Positions 62,502-64,000 of a DNA stretch of 64,000 nt are shown here, piece by piece (within the stretch, counting starts at the first letter, position 1; each line of letters starts with the position of its first letter). Position numbers and translations under genes: made by a program. This stretch comes from Mobula birostris (taxonomy: Eukaryota), in NCBI RefSeq assembly GCF_030028105.1, contig NC_092382.1, positions 100,208,699-100,272,698 of the forward strand. Reading direction: 5' to 3'. The notes beneath the pieces were generated by a model. It did no database searches and was not told the DNA's origin. It saw only the letters and a program-made list of their open reading frames with translations.

Positions 62502-63124
62502 ATGCTTCTGTTCCTGGCATTAATGGCTCGCTTTCACTGTAAGTCGCGCTTATCGAATGTCCGATGTTGATTGGTTCATTGTCTCGCTGAAGTATCTTTT
62601 GCCCTCATTCCACCTTATCCCTGCGTCCCGCTCTACCCCCTCCCTCCCTATTAGCTCTACCCTTTCTCCTTTAATGACTTCTTGCTCATCCACATCATTT
62701 ATAAAAATCACAAAGAGTAAGGGTCCCAGAACATATTCCTGAGGCACACCACTGGTACACCGACGTCCATGCAGAATATGAACCGATTATCGGGTAAATT
62801 CGCTCTCTTCCTCTCTCCCCCCATTTTCCAGGTGTCAACTCTGTCACCATCGAGCAGACGCCCGCCGCGTTCTCTGGATTTCCCGGGAAGAGCGTGGAAC
62901 TCTCATGCGCCATGCAGGGTAGCACAGATGCCTTGTTCTGGTACAGACAGCCCCACGGGAAGGGGCTACAGTACCTTTTCTCCTCCCGGACCACCGCTCA
63001 CAGCGACCCAGATGGGGAGGTTGACGGCTTCACCTCGGAGAGACCGACCGACAGCAGCTTCAAGCTGATGTCCTCCGGCCTGGTGGCGAATCACTCGGCC
63101 GTGTATTATTGCGCTTGGAGTTCA
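62502..63124 (+). CDS. TRBV: Divergent TCR-beta-like V gene segment, family C (leader 62502-62538, V exon 62832-63124)
   Basis: Leader MLLFLALMARFH+T|GTAAGT; acceptor TTTTCCAG; CVNS-VTIEQTPAAFSGFPGKSVELSCAMQGSTDALFWYRQ..YYCAWSS open. Confidence 0.88.
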
Positions 63125-63163
63125 CACAGAGGCCCAGTGAAATGGAGAAGCTGAACAGAAACT
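63125..63163 (+). other. 23-RSS of family C V
   Basis: CACAGAG + 23 nt + ACAGAAACT. Confidence 0.85.
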
Positions 63164-64000
63164 CTCAGGCTTCACAAAGGCACATCAGTCATTCTGCAGG
63201 TGTTTCCTCCGTCAAAGGGGAAAGGGCGGGTCTGGTCCCTCAAAGCGGAAGTGGCCGCGCTGTCAATCACGAGCATGAGCACAAAGGTATGTCTGCACAG
63301 TCAGACAGAAGCAAGCGCTCTTCATTGCCACTTGCCACCTTCCAGGCTGCATCGCCGTCTTCGGCGGCGTTTCAATCCTTCTCATACCCTAGATTCTCGC
63401 GAGAAACATGTCCGAGCTGTTAATTTTAGAGGAGATCAGGGAGCGCTGCCGGGAGTGGCGATAGAGGCACAGCGACGACAACGCTCTCTGTCTGCCTTAG
63501 TCCACTTTTCTGGGGAAGAGGATCAGTAATGCATTTAGCCGCAGCTATTTCCAGCTCACTGCTTTCGAGCCGCACTGACAGCACTAGTTCCTGCTTGCTT
63601 TTAAGAGTTTTCAGTTCGTGGTCCTGATTGCCAGCGTTCATTTAATCTGTACAATTCCTACTAAACCTCAGTAAACTGTTCAATCGGGGTGTCTGTCCCT
63701 CTCCCTACAAGGTTGAGCCACCACTGAACACGTGTCCGTTGCATCTTCACACCCGATGTCGGTAGCTGTCACATTTGGAGCATTGCATTGAGTTTCGGTC
63801 GCCCCATTCTAACACAATGACGCGGAGACTTTAGGGAGGCTGTGGAAGAGCCTTGCCAGGCCGAGGTTTGGATTACAAGGCAGATAGAGCAAGGAGTGGT
63901 GGGTCATTCAGTTGGTTTCCCTGGAGCGCAGGGTGCAGGAGCAATTTTTCTTTTCACATTGAGAGCGCTGCGTGCCTACAACCTGCTGTGTGGGCGGTGG

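Noticed and set aside
1-64000. J segments, D segments, C exons and CRISPR-like arrays
   Set aside because: I found no RSS-preceded FGxG segment with a splice donor, no C1-set exon and no repeat-spacer array by eye; an automated scan should confirm.

Overview
Vertebrate genomic DNA, most likely from a cartilaginous fish (ray/skate-like). This is inferred from the repeat landscape: CR1 LINEs with (ACATAGAA)n tails, HE1/V-SINE-like elements, Penelope and Rex/Babar remnants. The window is an array of antigen-receptor V gene segments. Each has a 37-nt leader exon, a phase-1 intron, a V exon ending C-A-W and a 23-bp-spacer RAG recombination signal (RSS). The proteins resemble TCR-beta V regions of the TRBV30-like type (TIHQ.PA...LECT.EG...WYRQ..G.G.Q.LF.S...RP....F.L.S..L......Y.CAW). 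I count 11 intact-looking genes in three families: family A on the + strand (A1 x3, A2 x4), family B on the - strand (x3) and a divergent family C gene at 62.5 kb. There are also one open-frame V with a damaged promoter/leader, four pseudogenes or fragments, and three orphan leader exons. Positions ~1.7-41 kb are four tandem units, two of ~11.72 kb, one of ~9.9 kb and one of ~6 kb; older paralogues and TE debris follow. I found no D, J or C segment. Most ORFs in the supplied track are spurious (antisense, low-complexity or TE-derived). The most notable unexplained structure is cis-regulatory: a CTCF-consensus module ~0.8 kb upstream of most family A genes, octamer/CCAAT promoters only on the inverted B genes, a CRE at a fixed ~69-70 nt beyond the nonamer, and CpG-containing heptamers. 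Family labels A1/A2/A3/B/C are mine, and TRBV identity is inferred from motif similarity, not a database search.
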